A stretch of 64,000 bases of DNA. Origin: Alistipes sp. GTDB lineage: Bacteria; Bacteroidota; Bacteroidia; Bacteroidales; Rikenellaceae. Within the stretch, counting starts at the first letter, position 1, and each line of letters opens with the position of its first letter. Location: assembly GCA_045637085.1 (NCBI GenBank), contig JAZTYW010000036.1, positions 51,220 through 115,219 of the forward strand. Direction: 5' to 3'. This document shows, piece by piece, positions 20,984-30,232 of the stretch. Both the position numbers and the translations under genes were made by a program. The notes under the pieces are model-generated. The model saw only the letters and a list, made by a program, of their open reading frames with translations. It had not been told where the DNA came from and did not search any database.

Positions 20984-22042
20984 ATGATGATGACTGAAAC
21001 AAACATATTTGAATTTGCATCTCCCGAGAGACTTTGGCTCTTGGTTGCCGTGCCACTAATCATCGTGGCCTATTGGTTGGCGCGCCTATGGGCAAACCGT
21101 AAGTTGCGTCGCTTTGGTAATCCAGCTACGTTGCGCGAACTCATGCCCGAGCGCTCGGGTGTACGCGGCTGGATTAAGGTGTCGCTATTTGCTCTTGCCG
21201 TGGGCTTCGCTATCCTTGCCCTTGCCCGTCCGCAGACAGGCTCCAAGTTGCGTAGCGTGGAGACCAAGGGTCGAGAGATTGTGCTTGCGGTGGATGTCTC
21301 TAATTCGATGCTTGCCGAGGATACCAAGCCGAGCCGTATGGCACGCACACGTCATGCAATACAGCAGCTCACGCAGCACATGACCGAGGATCATGTGGGC
21401 ATTGTTGCATTTGCCGATGATGTGGAGGTGTTGTTGCCCATTACGTCGGACTACAAAATGGCGGAGTCGAAGTTGCGTAGTCTCTCGCCCTCGCTTATCG
21501 CAAATCAGGGTACCGACATCGGCGAGGCATTGGAGGTGGCATTGCTCTCGTTCTCGAACAATACACGAACAACGCGCAGTCGTGTTATCATCCTTATAAC
21601 GGATGGTGAGGCACATGATGATATGGCGTTGGCTGTTGCGGAGCGAGCAAAGGCTGAGGGTGTCATTGTCTGCTGTATAGGCATCGGTACACCTGAGGGT
21701 ACGGCACTCCAGATAAATGGCGAGATGATTGAGGATGAGGATGGCAAGATGGTTGTAACGAAGCTCAATGAACAGCTTCTCGATGAGATTGCCTCGATAA
21801 CAGGTGGTATCTACATACGTTCGACAAATTCAAGCTTCGGTCTTGATGAGGTTGTTGCCGAGCTGGACAAGATGGAGACCACGCAGCTAACGCACCGCAA
21901 CTTCGAGGAGTACGACGAGGAGTATATGTGGTTCCTGGGCGTGGCACTCATGTTGCTTGTTGTCGAGAGCCTTGTGCTTGGTCGCCGCAACCCATTACTC
22001 AAGGGTGTGACACTCTTTGAAAGAGAGAACAAACAGAACTAA
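20984..22042 (+). CDS. batB: BatB vWA domain membrane protein
   Basis: LARPQTG, DVSNSMLAED..PSR, LPITSDY, ITDGEAH, GIGT..G; start ambiguous among TTG/ATG codons at 20981-20990. Confidence 0.85.
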   Translation: MMMTETNIFEFASPERLWLLVAVPLIIVAYWLARLWANRKLRRFGNPATLRELMPERSGVRGWIKVSLFALAVGFAILALARPQTGSKLRSVETKGREIVLAVDVSNSMLAEDTKPSRMARTRHAIQQLTQHMTEDHVGIVAFADDVEVLLPITSDYKMAESKLRSLSPSLIANQGTDIGEALEVALLSFSNNTRTTRSRVIILITDGEAHDDMALAVAERAKAEGVIVCCIGIGTPEGTALQINGEMIEDEDGKMVVTKLNEQLLDEIASITGGIYIRSTNSSFGLDEVVAELDKMETTQLTHRNFEEYDEEYMWFLGVALMLLVVESLVLGRRNPLLKGVTLFERENKQN

Positions 22043-22078
22043 TAACAATACAATTATAACACTTAAAAAACTACTACT

Positions 22079-23536
22079 ATGACAATTAGAGAGTTGGAAC
22101 CCAAACTTATTTGGGAGCAGTTTGATGACATCACACGTGTTCCCCGTCCCTCAAAGAAGGAGGAGAAGATTATTGCATGGCTTCAGGAGTTCGCTGTTAA
22201 GCATGGCTTCGAGCATGAGACGGACGCTACTGGCAACGTAGTTATCCGCAAGGCGGCTACTGCTGGCTATGAGAACCGTCCCGCGGTAATTCTTCAGTCA
22301 CACATGGATATGGTGTGCGAGAAGCGTTCAGATGTTGAGTTCGATTTCGACAACGACCCTATCCGCACATTCATCAAGGATGGCTGGGTATATGCCGAGG
22401 GCACAACACTTGGTGCTGACTGTGGTATTGGTATGGCTGCTGCTTTGGCAGTCTTGCTCGACGAGTCGTTGGAGCACCCCGCAATCGAGGCGCTCTTCAC
22501 CGTTGACGAGGAGACTGGTCTTACTGGTGCTTTCGGTCTTGGCGAGGGCATGCTCACAGGTAAGTACCTCATCAACCTCGACTCTGAGGATGAGGGTGAG
22601 TTGTTCATCGGCTGCGCTGGTGGTATCGACACCGTAGCACACATGGAGTATGAGACCGAGGAGGTTCCCGAGGGCTACTCTTTCGTACGCCTTGAGGTTG
22701 GCGACTTGTTGGGTGGTCACTCTGGTGACGACATCGACAAGGGTCGTGCAAACTCTAACAAGCTCCTTGCTCGCTTCCTCTATAACGCTATCGACACATT
22801 CCAGCTTGTGCTTGCAGACTTCAATGGTGGTAACTTGCGTAACGCCATTCCTCGTGAGGCATACGCTATCGTAGGTGTGCCCACGGAGTCGAAGGAGGAC
22901 TTTGAGGAGCGCTACCTGGAGTTCGGTCAGGCATTGATGGAGGAGTTCAAGCACACTGAGCCCGATATGCGCTTTGCTGTTGAGGATGTCGAGAAGGCGC
23001 CTGCTGTTGTTATGTCAAACGACGACCTCTGCTATTTGCTCCTCACTATCGTAGGTCTTCCTAACGGTGTATTGGCTATGTCATTTGCTATGCCAGGCTT
23101 GGTTGAGACATCGTCAAATCTTGCATCTGTTAAGTTCAACCACGATGAGCAGAAAATTACTGTTACAACATCACAGCGTTCGTCTGTGGAGAGCGCTAAG
23201 CTCTACGCAGCACAGACTATCGAGTCGGTATTCTACCTCTCAGGCTTCGATGTTGAGCACTCTGACGGCTACCCAGGTTGGGCTCCTAATCCCGACTCAC
23301 AGTTACTCAAGACCTCTGTAGATTGCTACCGTCGTCTCTTCGATGCAGAGCCTAAGGTGCGCGCTATCCACGCTGGCTTGGAGTGTGGTCTCTTCCTTGA
23401 GAAGTATCCTCACCTCGAGATGGTGTCGTTTGGCCCTACTTTGCGCGGCGTGCACTCACCTACCGAGCGCCTTGAGATCGCTACTGTTGACAAGTTCTGG
23501 AAGTTGCTTGTTGAGCTTTTGAAGGTTATCGAGTAA
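22079..23536 (+). CDS. pepD: Aminoacyl-histidine dipeptidase (M20)
   Basis: PRPSKKEE, LQSHMDMV, TTLGADCGIG, DEETG, NLDSE, GGHSG, IHAGLECG. Confidence 0.93.
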   Translation: MTIRELEPKLIWEQFDDITRVPRPSKKEEKIIAWLQEFAVKHGFEHETDATGNVVIRKAATAGYENRPAVILQSHMDMVCEKRSDVEFDFDNDPIRTFIKDGWVYAEGTTLGADCGIGMAAALAVLLDESLEHPAIEALFTVDEETGLTGAFGLGEGMLTGKYLINLDSEDEGELFIGCAGGIDTVAHMEYETEEVPEGYSFVRLEVGDLLGGHSGDDIDKGRANSNKLLARFLYNAIDTFQLVLADFNGGNLRNAIPREAYAIVGVPTESKEDFEERYLEFGQALMEEFKHTEPDMRFAVEDVEKAPAVVMSNDDLCYLLLTIVGLPNGVLAMSFAMPGLVETSSNLASVKFNHDEQKITVTTSQRSSVESAKLYAAQTIESVFYLSGFDVEHSDGYPGWAPNPDSQLLKTSVDCYRRLFDAEPKVRAIHAGLECGLFLEKYPHLEMVSFGPTLRGVHSPTERLEIATVDKFWKLLVELLKVIE

Positions 23537-23551
23537 CGAATATCGCTTAAT

Positions 23552-24382
23552 GTGGCAACACTATTAGATTTGGTGGCTGCGTTTCGCTCCTCCAGTGTCA
23601 CATTTAAGACTCTTGCACCACAGCCTATTACCCATGATGATATCTTCGTGGGTAATCATGCTGTGGTGTGTCGTTGTGTGGATAGTGGTAGTGGTGAACT
23701 GATATCCCTGAAGTGCTATCCGCACCGCAGACGCAACAGCTCTGCGATATATGGCATGGCCTACCTGCCCGACGAGGCGCAGATACACTCTATGAGGGGT
23801 GTTGAGACGGTTGATGTGGTCGCTCTGCCATGGATAGAGGGTTCCTCACTTGATAAACTGTTTCGTAATCCGAAGAGTGATTATCGTCGTCTCTCGCGGG
23901 CCTTCGATATTATGGCGTATGGTATGCTCTGCGCTCCGCGAGCTCATGGAGATATCAAGCCTGGAAATATAATCGTTGCGCCGACGGGCGAGATGCATCT
24001 TATAGATTATGATGCTGCGTGGGTTCCAGGTTTTACCGAGAGGGATATCGAGGAGGTGGGTACGCCCGCCTTCAGCCATCCGCAGCGCAATGGCAGGTGC
24101 TTCGATAAAGGTATTGATGACTTCTCCATCGCACTTATAAGCATTATGCTTGCGGCAATGGCATATAGGCGTAACGAGTTTGAGCCGCACCTCAAAGGTG
24201 ATGACTCACTGTTCTGTCCGCGAGATGTGCTTACGGATGACGACGCGCTGCTTAAGGTCGCTATCAGGACCTTTGAGCGTAAGCACGACATGGCGCACTA
24301 CCACATTGCTCGCTCACTATATGGGTGCGATGGGCGTATTGATGGACTTCAGGATGCTCTGCTCGCTGCTATCAAGCGCTGA
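23552..24382 (+). CDS. Protein kinase-like fold protein
   Basis: LKC, catalytic loop HGDIKPGNII, LIDYD, EVGTPAFSHP, IDDFS; GTG start. Confidence 0.7.
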   Translation: MATLLDLVAAFRSSSVTFKTLAPQPITHDDIFVGNHAVVCRCVDSGSGELISLKCYPHRRRNSSAIYGMAYLPDEAQIHSMRGVETVDVVALPWIEGSSLDKLFRNPKSDYRRLSRAFDIMAYGMLCAPRAHGDIKPGNIIVAPTGEMHLIDYDAAWVPGFTERDIEEVGTPAFSHPQRNGRCFDKGIDDFSIALISIMLAAMAYRRNEFEPHLKGDDSLFCPRDVLTDDDALLKVAIRTFERKHDMAHYHIARSLYGCDGRIDGLQDALLAAIKR

Positions 24383-24386
24383 GAGG

Positions 24387-24818
24387 CTACTTTGTGGCTA
24401 CGACGTGCATGATGGCTACGAGCATGCCGTTGCTTAGAAGTATCATGTTCTCGCCATCCATCTCGTAGTGGGTGACTCTCTCCAACATATCGTAGTATGC
24501 ACTCTCCGCGATGTGGTTCTCGCAGTAGCGGCGTGTGGATCCGAGGTTATCGATTGTTAGCGCACGCGAGGGTGTCACGGTGTATGTTGCGGTGAAGCGG
24601 TTGCAGTCGCCTGCGCCCGTTGCTGTGCCGTTGTTGTGAAAGAGGATGGTGTAGCTCTCTCCCTCGGCCGCCACCTCCTTGCCCATTATCTGCACAAGCT
24701 GCCATGTGGTGCCCACAAGTGGCTTTTCGAGCTTGCTACGCTTGCGGCAGTCGCAGCAACTTACGGCAAGGATGAGTGAAAAGAGAAGGGCAAGTGAAAA
24801 TAAAATCGTGCGTTTCAT
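24387..24818 (-). CDS. META/HslJ domain lipoprotein
   Basis: Lipobox AVSC, LVGTTWQL, GDCNRF..TY, GSTRRYC; start MKRTIL. Confidence 0.85.
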   Translation of the reverse strand: MKRTILFSLALLFSLILAVSCCDCRKRSKLEKPLVGTTWQLVQIMGKEVAAEGESYTILFHNNGTATGAGDCNRFTATYTVTPSRALTIDNLGSTRRYCENHIAESAYYDMLERVTHYEMDGENMILLSNGMLVAIMHVVATK

Positions 24819-24886
24819 AATATTATTCCAAATTATCGTTATCTTTGCAACAAAGATAATACAAATCAATTAAAACTTATAAAGAT

Positions 24887-25261
24887 ATGAAAAAAGTTAT
24901 CGCTTCACCCAAGGCTCCTAAGGCTGTAGGTCCCTACTCACAGGCTATCGCACACGACGCAACACTCTATATCTCTGGTCAGTTGCCCATCGACGGCGCA
25001 ACAGGCGTTATGGCAGAGGGCGTAGAGGCACAGACTCGTCAGGCACTCACAAACCTCGGTTACATCCTCGAGGAGGCTGGTTACACATTTGATAACGTAG
25101 CAAAGACTACTGTATTGTTGGCAGACATCGCAGATTTCGGTGCAATGAACGCTATCTATGCTGAGTTCTTCACAGGCGACAAGCCCGCACGCATCTGCTA
25201 CCAGGTTGCAGCATTGCCTATGGGTGCGCGTGTTGAGATCGACGCTATCGCTATCAAGTAA
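24887..25261 (+). CDS. ridA: RidA/YjgF family enamine deaminase
   Basis: APKAVGPYSQA, SGQLP, KTTVLL, F..MN.IY, PAR, LPMGARVEID. Confidence 0.92.
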   Translation: MKKVIASPKAPKAVGPYSQAIAHDATLYISGQLPIDGATGVMAEGVEAQTRQALTNLGYILEEAGYTFDNVAKTTVLLADIADFGAMNAIYAEFFTGDKPARICYQVAALPMGARVEIDAIAIK

Positions 25262-25386
25262 AGAAGCCGTCTAACAAAGTTATTTTGGCGTTGCACTCAT
25301 TCTCGAAATCCTCATTTACGCCTTAGTAAACTCCGGTTTCTCGAATTTCGTGCGCCTAAAACTAACTCTTGTTATACATCTTCTTA
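25259..25386. repeat. About 125 bp palindromic MITE/RPE-like element
   Basis: Imperfect terminal inverted repeats AAGAAGccGTcTAACAA-AGTTA and TAACTcTTGTTAtACatCTTCTT, with nested inner pairings and an apical TTTAC-gcctta-GTAAA. Confidence 0.7.
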
Positions 25387-25393
25387 GAAGAGC

Positions 25394-25425
25394 AAAGGGG
25401 TTGTCCAAGTGGACAACCCCTTATT
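25394..25425. terminator. Bidirectional intrinsic terminator
   Basis: AAGGGGTTGTCCA-ag-TGGACAACCCCTT between ridA and the convergent lipoprotein cluster. Confidence 0.85.
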
Positions 25426-25427
25426 CG

Positions 25428-26288
25428 TTACTCTATCTTTCGTTTGAAAATCTTGCGCATATTATCACCGTGATATACATAGTCACACACGATGTAGTCA
25501 CCCTTAAATCCTGCGACCTTATACTCTGCATTAAAGTCCCCGCTAAGTGTTAGTATATGACTATCAGCATCATACTGCCACTCGAAGGTCATTGTCTCAG
25601 GCTCTTCACCTGGTTCGGTAAATTCCACATATCTATGACCCGTACCATCGGCATTGAATGTGAGCTTGCTATATCCGAGGCCCTCAGCATAGTCAACACC
25701 CATAACTCTATGAGGTTGTTCAATCTTTGCCCACTCGGCATCGTACTCCAACATTGAGTCCATCTCCCACTCTCCTGCAAGGCCCTCAACAAGTGCAGTG
25801 GCATCAAAATCTTTGCACTCCTCTACAAACTCTGCAATCGCAGAAGTCTCCAGGTACCACTGAGGATATATGCGTAGTAGCATCTCACGGTGGTGCTCTG
25901 CGTGAACCTCATTTCCGAAACCTACATATAGATATGCGCATACCTCTGAGGTAATCTGCTCGGCATTGATATGCATGTCGTAGTATAGCGTACCATCCTC
26001 GGCTACCTCCCATTTCACATATGTTGGTATAGCAACTATGGTCTCAATGTTCGGAGTGGACTTTTGAGCATCATACATAAGGTGTACATAGCCATATCTA
26101 TCTTCGCTTGGCTCCTCGGTGTAGTACATCTCTATGCGCACTGTCTCGGTGTTGGGTGTTAGCTCGACAATCTGCTCGCTCTGTTTGAAGGCGAGTTGGC
26201 CATCATCTACGATGAAATCATCTGGATTCTTCTCTTCGCACGCCACAATAGCCATTGCCGCCATAATGCTAAAAATAAGTTTTTTCAT
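25428..26288 (-). CDS. Lipoprotein with C-terminal lipocalin-like domain
   Basis: Start MKKLIFS, lipobox IVAC; C-terminal GLAGEW...TFNADGTG...WQYD...LTL, homologous to the N-terminal domain of 26441-27742. Confidence 0.75.
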   Translation of the reverse strand: MKKLIFSIMAAMAIVACEEKNPDDFIVDDGQLAFKQSEQIVELTPNTETVRIEMYYTEEPSEDRYGYVHLMYDAQKSTPNIETIVAIPTYVKWEVAEDGTLYYDMHINAEQITSEVCAYLYVGFGNEVHAEHHREMLLRIYPQWYLETSAIAEFVEECKDFDATALVEGLAGEWEMDSMLEYDAEWAKIEQPHRVMGVDYAEGLGYSKLTFNADGTGHRYVEFTEPGEEPETMTFEWQYDADSHILTLSGDFNAEYKVAGFKGDYIVCDYVYHGDNMRKIFKRKIE

Positions 26289-26306
26289 AGTTGTATTTTT
26301 ATAGTT

Positions 26307-26444
26307 AATATTAGGATATGCTCGTTCTAACTCAAACCAATCGCCAGCATTTATAAGGCTCCCCACCATTACATCTTCTTGCTGAGCAAACACCGATGTA
26401 ATAGCAAAGGTTATTGAAAGTAGTGTGGCATAGAGTCTTTTTAT
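26307..26444 (-). pseudogene. Relic 5' end of a paralogue of the aspartyl protease gene
   Basis: Reads (ATA)KRLYATLLSITFAITSVFAQQEDVMVGSLINAGDWFELERAYPNI versus MKRLYATLLALTFALTSALAQQADMLVGRLINGGDWFELERVYPHI at 30134. Confidence 0.85.
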
Positions 26445-27742
26445 TCTTGTTTTAGAATTACACCTAACTTGATTTGAGTCTGATCACTTAACTTCTCTGT
26501 TATAAATGCATAAGTCCAAGGACTCATCACACAAGCTAAATTTGGGGTTATTTCAATTAATAGTTCATAATATGCCTCAGATACTTTTTCGAAATCGACT
26601 AAGTGTATGCTTTCAATACCAGAATTCTGGCTGCCATATGTAATTACTAACGACTGTTTCGTAAAATCTATATCTGGATAGCTGGCGTTATTCTCAGATT
26701 TGATATACTTACTTAGCTCCTCATCACTGTTAACAATGACTGCATCAACAATCTCGTCAAAATCATATGGGAAGTTCCACTCACATGATGTCCCTTCTAA
26801 TGAGTATTCAGTGTATGGTAAACTTGACATAACAGATGCATATTGCGTAGCCTCACCTTGCTTTGCTCCCTGAACAATAGTTATACAGCCAAACACATTG
26901 CCACACTGTACATCGATAATAGCAGTTCGTGGTTGTATGCTATTATTTCCATTAACAACAATTAGTATTTCATTAGGGCTGTCTTCAAGAACAGTCGCAC
27001 GATACCAACCTCCATCTACATCCATTCCATTATCAGAAGACCTAACATAGTTCACATATTCTGTGTTGCCATTTGCATCATCTACGACCTCATAACCACC
27101 TACTATAGATAGTTGATCGTAATTCTGTACAGTCACATTACACTCACCGCCCTCAGAAGGTATGTTAAATTCGGTTTCACTCAACTCTATGGGCTGCCAC
27201 TCCTCATCCACGCTATTACGCTTGAGTATGGTGCGCTGATTTTTATTATTATAAACTCTATCCGATATGATGTAGTCTTTGTTGTATCCTGAAACTATAT
27301 ACTCGGCATTATGCTCACCGCTTAATAAGAGTTTTCTATTTATTACATCATAACTCCAGTTAAATCTTATAGTATCTGGCTCCATTGTTTTTGGATCTAT
27401 ACAAAAACTAAAACCCGTAGCATCACCTTTGAAAGTGTATCTGTTATGCTGCAGCAATGGGGTATACTCTATACCCATAAACATATAAGGCATTATAATC
27501 TCTTGCCAATCCTCGTTGTATGCTAACTCAGAGTCCAGTGCCCACTCACCAGGTAAACCCTTAGTGACATCATTTGGCGCAAAGTCTTGACACTTCTCTA
27601 TTAATTCAGATACGACATCATTAATTTCGTTTAGATCAGCTTCGGGATTAGAGTGATTCTTGTGCCCACTCGAATTCTCGTTGTTGCATGCTGTGGATAA
27701 TGCCATGACTATTGCCATAAGGCAGTAAGTTAGTTTTTTCAT
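26441..27742 (-). CDS. Modular lipoprotein (lipocalin-like, BACON-like and C-terminal domains)
   Basis: Lipobox STAC; GLPGEW...WSYD domain; BACON-like PSEGGECNVTV...N...PRTAII.VQ...ITIVQG; C-terminal VNSDEEL...YPDIDFTKQSLV; visibly AT-rich. Confidence 0.7.
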   Translation of the reverse strand: MKKLTYCLMAIVMALSTACNNENSSGHKNHSNPEADLNEINDVVSELIEKCQDFAPNDVTKGLPGEWALDSELAYNEDWQEIIMPYMFMGIEYTPLLQHNRYTFKGDATGFSFCIDPKTMEPDTIRFNWSYDVINRKLLLSGEHNAEYIVSGYNKDYIISDRVYNNKNQRTILKRNSVDEEWQPIELSETEFNIPSEGGECNVTVQNYDQLSIVGGYEVVDDANGNTEYVNYVRSSDNGMDVDGGWYRATVLEDSPNEILIVVNGNNSIQPRTAIIDVQCGNVFGCITIVQGAKQGEATQYASVMSSLPYTEYSLEGTSCEWNFPYDFDEIVDAVIVNSDEELSKYIKSENNASYPDIDFTKQSLVITYGSQNSGIESIHLVDFEKVSEAYYELLIEITPNLACVMSPWTYAFITEKLSDQTQIKLGVILKQE

Positions 27743-27769
27743 AGGTGTTTATTTTTAAGTTGTATATGA

Positions 27770-28840
27770 TTATTTGATATGTTCTCGGAGGACTCTATCA
27801 ATGTTGTCACCGCGTAGGTTTCTCGCTACGAGTTTGCCCTCTGGCGAGTATAGGAAGTTAGCCGGAATACCATCAACATTAAACTCCTCGCCAGCCCTCC
27901 ACGAGCCATCCTCATCCGTGCCCCAGACATTTATCCATGTCATATTATTCTCCGCTATAAACTCTCTCCAGCGAGCCTCTGTGCCTGGGTAGTCGAACGA
28001 CACGCCATAAATCTCCAATCCCTGAGGTGCATACTTGGCATATGCCTCCACGAGGTAGGGTATCTCGCCACGACATGGACCACACCATGTAGCCCAAAAG
28101 TCGATGAGTACCCACTTGCCACTCTTGCATAGGTCCGACACGCGGATTACCTCGCCCTCGGCATTGGGTAGCGCAAGGTCGATAAGTTCCGCACCCACAA
28201 TCGTTGTCTTTAGGCTCTTATAGGACTTAAGTACGGCAAAGCGCCTATCAATCTTATTGAAGATGTTGGAAGCCACGGCATCATCGCCGCCAAAGTTAAT
28301 ATACGAAGAGAGCACGTTGAGTGACAATACACTATCCATATTGGCGTACATAAAGTCAACCATGTGTTGTAGAACTGCCTGATACTTAGCCTCGGCCTCC
28401 TCCTGGGTTGCCGAATTATAGATATTTGCAATCATAGTGGCAATATCGTTGCAGTATGCGCCCCACTTATCATTCAATGCCGAGCCAATAGGCATAAGCG
28501 TCTCATCCTTATATACAAAACTTACATCGCTGCCATCAGCAAGGCACCATGAGTGAACATCATCGTTGACAATGACATGGATACCATCTCCCTCGTATGT
28601 GTCAACTATTGTGAGAAACTTGCCGTTCTCGTCAATGCTAACTTCGGCGCTGCCCTCCTGCCACTCGATGGTTATGGAAGAGGGGATTTCAGCGAGTGCC
28701 GATAGGTCACCACTAATCTTGTTTGATATCGTGGTCGCCCCAGCCTCTTGCGCCGTCTCATTCTCAGCGCCCCTCTTTCCTCCGTTGGCGCATGCTGCAA
28801 GCATTGTCGCACAACATAAAAGTGCAAATAACCTCTTCAT
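27770..28840 (-). CDS. TlpA-family thiol:disulfide oxidoreductase lipoprotein
   Basis: Lipobox LAAC, LIDFWATWCGPCRGE, GIPANFL, NLRG; start MKRLFA. Confidence 0.9.
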   Translation of the reverse strand: MKRLFALLCCATMLAACANGGKRGAENETAQEAGATTISNKISGDLSALAEIPSSITIEWQEGSAEVSIDENGKFLTIVDTYEGDGIHVIVNDDVHSWCLADGSDVSFVYKDETLMPIGSALNDKWGAYCNDIATMIANIYNSATQEEAEAKYQAVLQHMVDFMYANMDSVLSLNVLSSYINFGGDDAVASNIFNKIDRRFAVLKSYKSLKTTIVGAELIDLALPNAEGEVIRVSDLCKSGKWVLIDFWATWCGPCRGEIPYLVEAYAKYAPQGLEIYGVSFDYPGTEARWREFIAENNMTWINVWGTDEDGSWRAGEEFNVDGIPANFLYSPEGKLVARNLRGDNIDRVLREHIK

Positions 28841-28856
28841 AAGTAAAATGTAATAT

Positions 28857-30134
28857 CTATTCAATCTTTACGAACATGTCATCAAAATTGAGCGTTACCC
28901 TCTCTACGCTCTTTAATAATCCCATTCCGAGGCTGCCATGATGGGGTGAAGTTACGATGTCGCCACTGGGGATGGTTGCTGGAGTGGCATGTAGCGTAAC
29001 TGCTCTATCCCCAATTCTCATTGTGTATTCGGGTACTCTGACTATCTGTTGCACTACGATGCCGCCATGTCCCCATGTGTTTTGTGTCTCAGTGGGGAGG
29101 GTGCTTAGTAATTCTCTATTCTTATCAAACCACAGGTCGAAAAAATCTGCGCCGCTATTACCCGTATCGAGGATAAATGTCATCCTATCGCCCCCTTCAT
29201 CAATAACCTCTATAATAGGAATATTCTGCTCAAGGAGAATATTCTTACCATATTCGGGTGCAGCGCTCTTCTTTGCGGGAATTCGCAATGTGTGATTTAC
29301 CATATCAATCTGAACCTCGCCAAGTCGCTTGATAAAGTCCATGCCGAGTACAGTATCTACCTTGAGTGGGTCACCCTCTGCGGAGTTCTCATTTACAAAG
29401 ACTAAGACATTCCTCAATGTAATTGGGCCTATATCCATCCTCTCTATAAGTGCTCGTTCAAGATAACCACCACCCGTCGCACCACCAACAAATATGGGCT
29501 CGCCAACGCTTTGTGCCCCTATCTCCGTCGCTATCTCCGAGGTTATCAGCGATGATGATGCTCCAGTGTCGAAGATAAAGTCGTATATCTTGCCATTTAT
29601 GCTCACGGGGAGCTTGATGTGCAGGCCCGAACTATCTGAAAAGCCTATCGTAACATCTGTGTCGGGCTTGTCAATCGTAGGTGCGGGTAGCTCGCGCACA
29701 GAGTCGTAGCACACCAACAACTCCTCAACACCCGTCTCCTCCAAAGAGCCAGTGGCAACCATGATAATATCTGCCATGCTCTTTACCATGTCGGCGGCAG
29801 CTCCGTAGTTGCCGTTAAAGTATTCTGCGGCAGCTCCGAGATTTATTAAGTTGCATACGCTCTCATAGCCCAACCTATCCTGATGCTCGGCAATGAGCTG
29901 TGGTAGCTTGTTGTTTAGCTCATCCCAACGGTTGAAGTTGTATGCAAGGAGCACCTCGGCCATCTGTTTCAACATTGGCGTCTGCACATCATCTTTAATA
30001 TGCGGATAAACCCTCTCAAGTTCAAACCAGTCACCACCATTTATGAGCCTTCCCACCAGCATATCTGCCTGTTGGGCTAATGCAGATGTGAGGGCAAATG
30101 TTAGTGCGAGGAGCGTGGCATAGAGGCGTTTCAT
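28857..30134 (-). CDS. Secreted two-domain retropepsin-like aspartyl protease
   Basis: Signal peptide; two catalytic motifs FIFDTGAS and FILDTGNS; VLGMDF and SLGMGL flaps. Confidence 0.88.
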   Translation of the reverse strand: MKRLYATLLALTFALTSALAQQADMLVGRLINGGDWFELERVYPHIKDDVQTPMLKQMAEVLLAYNFNRWDELNNKLPQLIAEHQDRLGYESVCNLINLGAAAEYFNGNYGAAADMVKSMADIIMVATGSLEETGVEELLVCYDSVRELPAPTIDKPDTDVTIGFSDSSGLHIKLPVSINGKIYDFIFDTGASSSLITSEIATEIGAQSVGEPIFVGGATGGGYLERALIERMDIGPITLRNVLVFVNENSAEGDPLKVDTVLGMDFIKRLGEVQIDMVNHTLRIPAKKSAAPEYGKNILLEQNIPIIEVIDEGGDRMTFILDTGNSGADFFDLWFDKNRELLSTLPTETQNTWGHGGIVVQQIVRVPEYTMRIGDRAVTLHATPATIPSGDIVTSPHHGSLGMGLLKSVERVTLNFDDMFVKIE

Positions 30135-30232
30135 ATCTACTTAAGTCTATTTATTTATACAAACGATTTACTATCTTGAAATGTTACATAGTGAGACCAT
30201 TTATTTTATCACGAAGTCAAATTTTTACGGTA

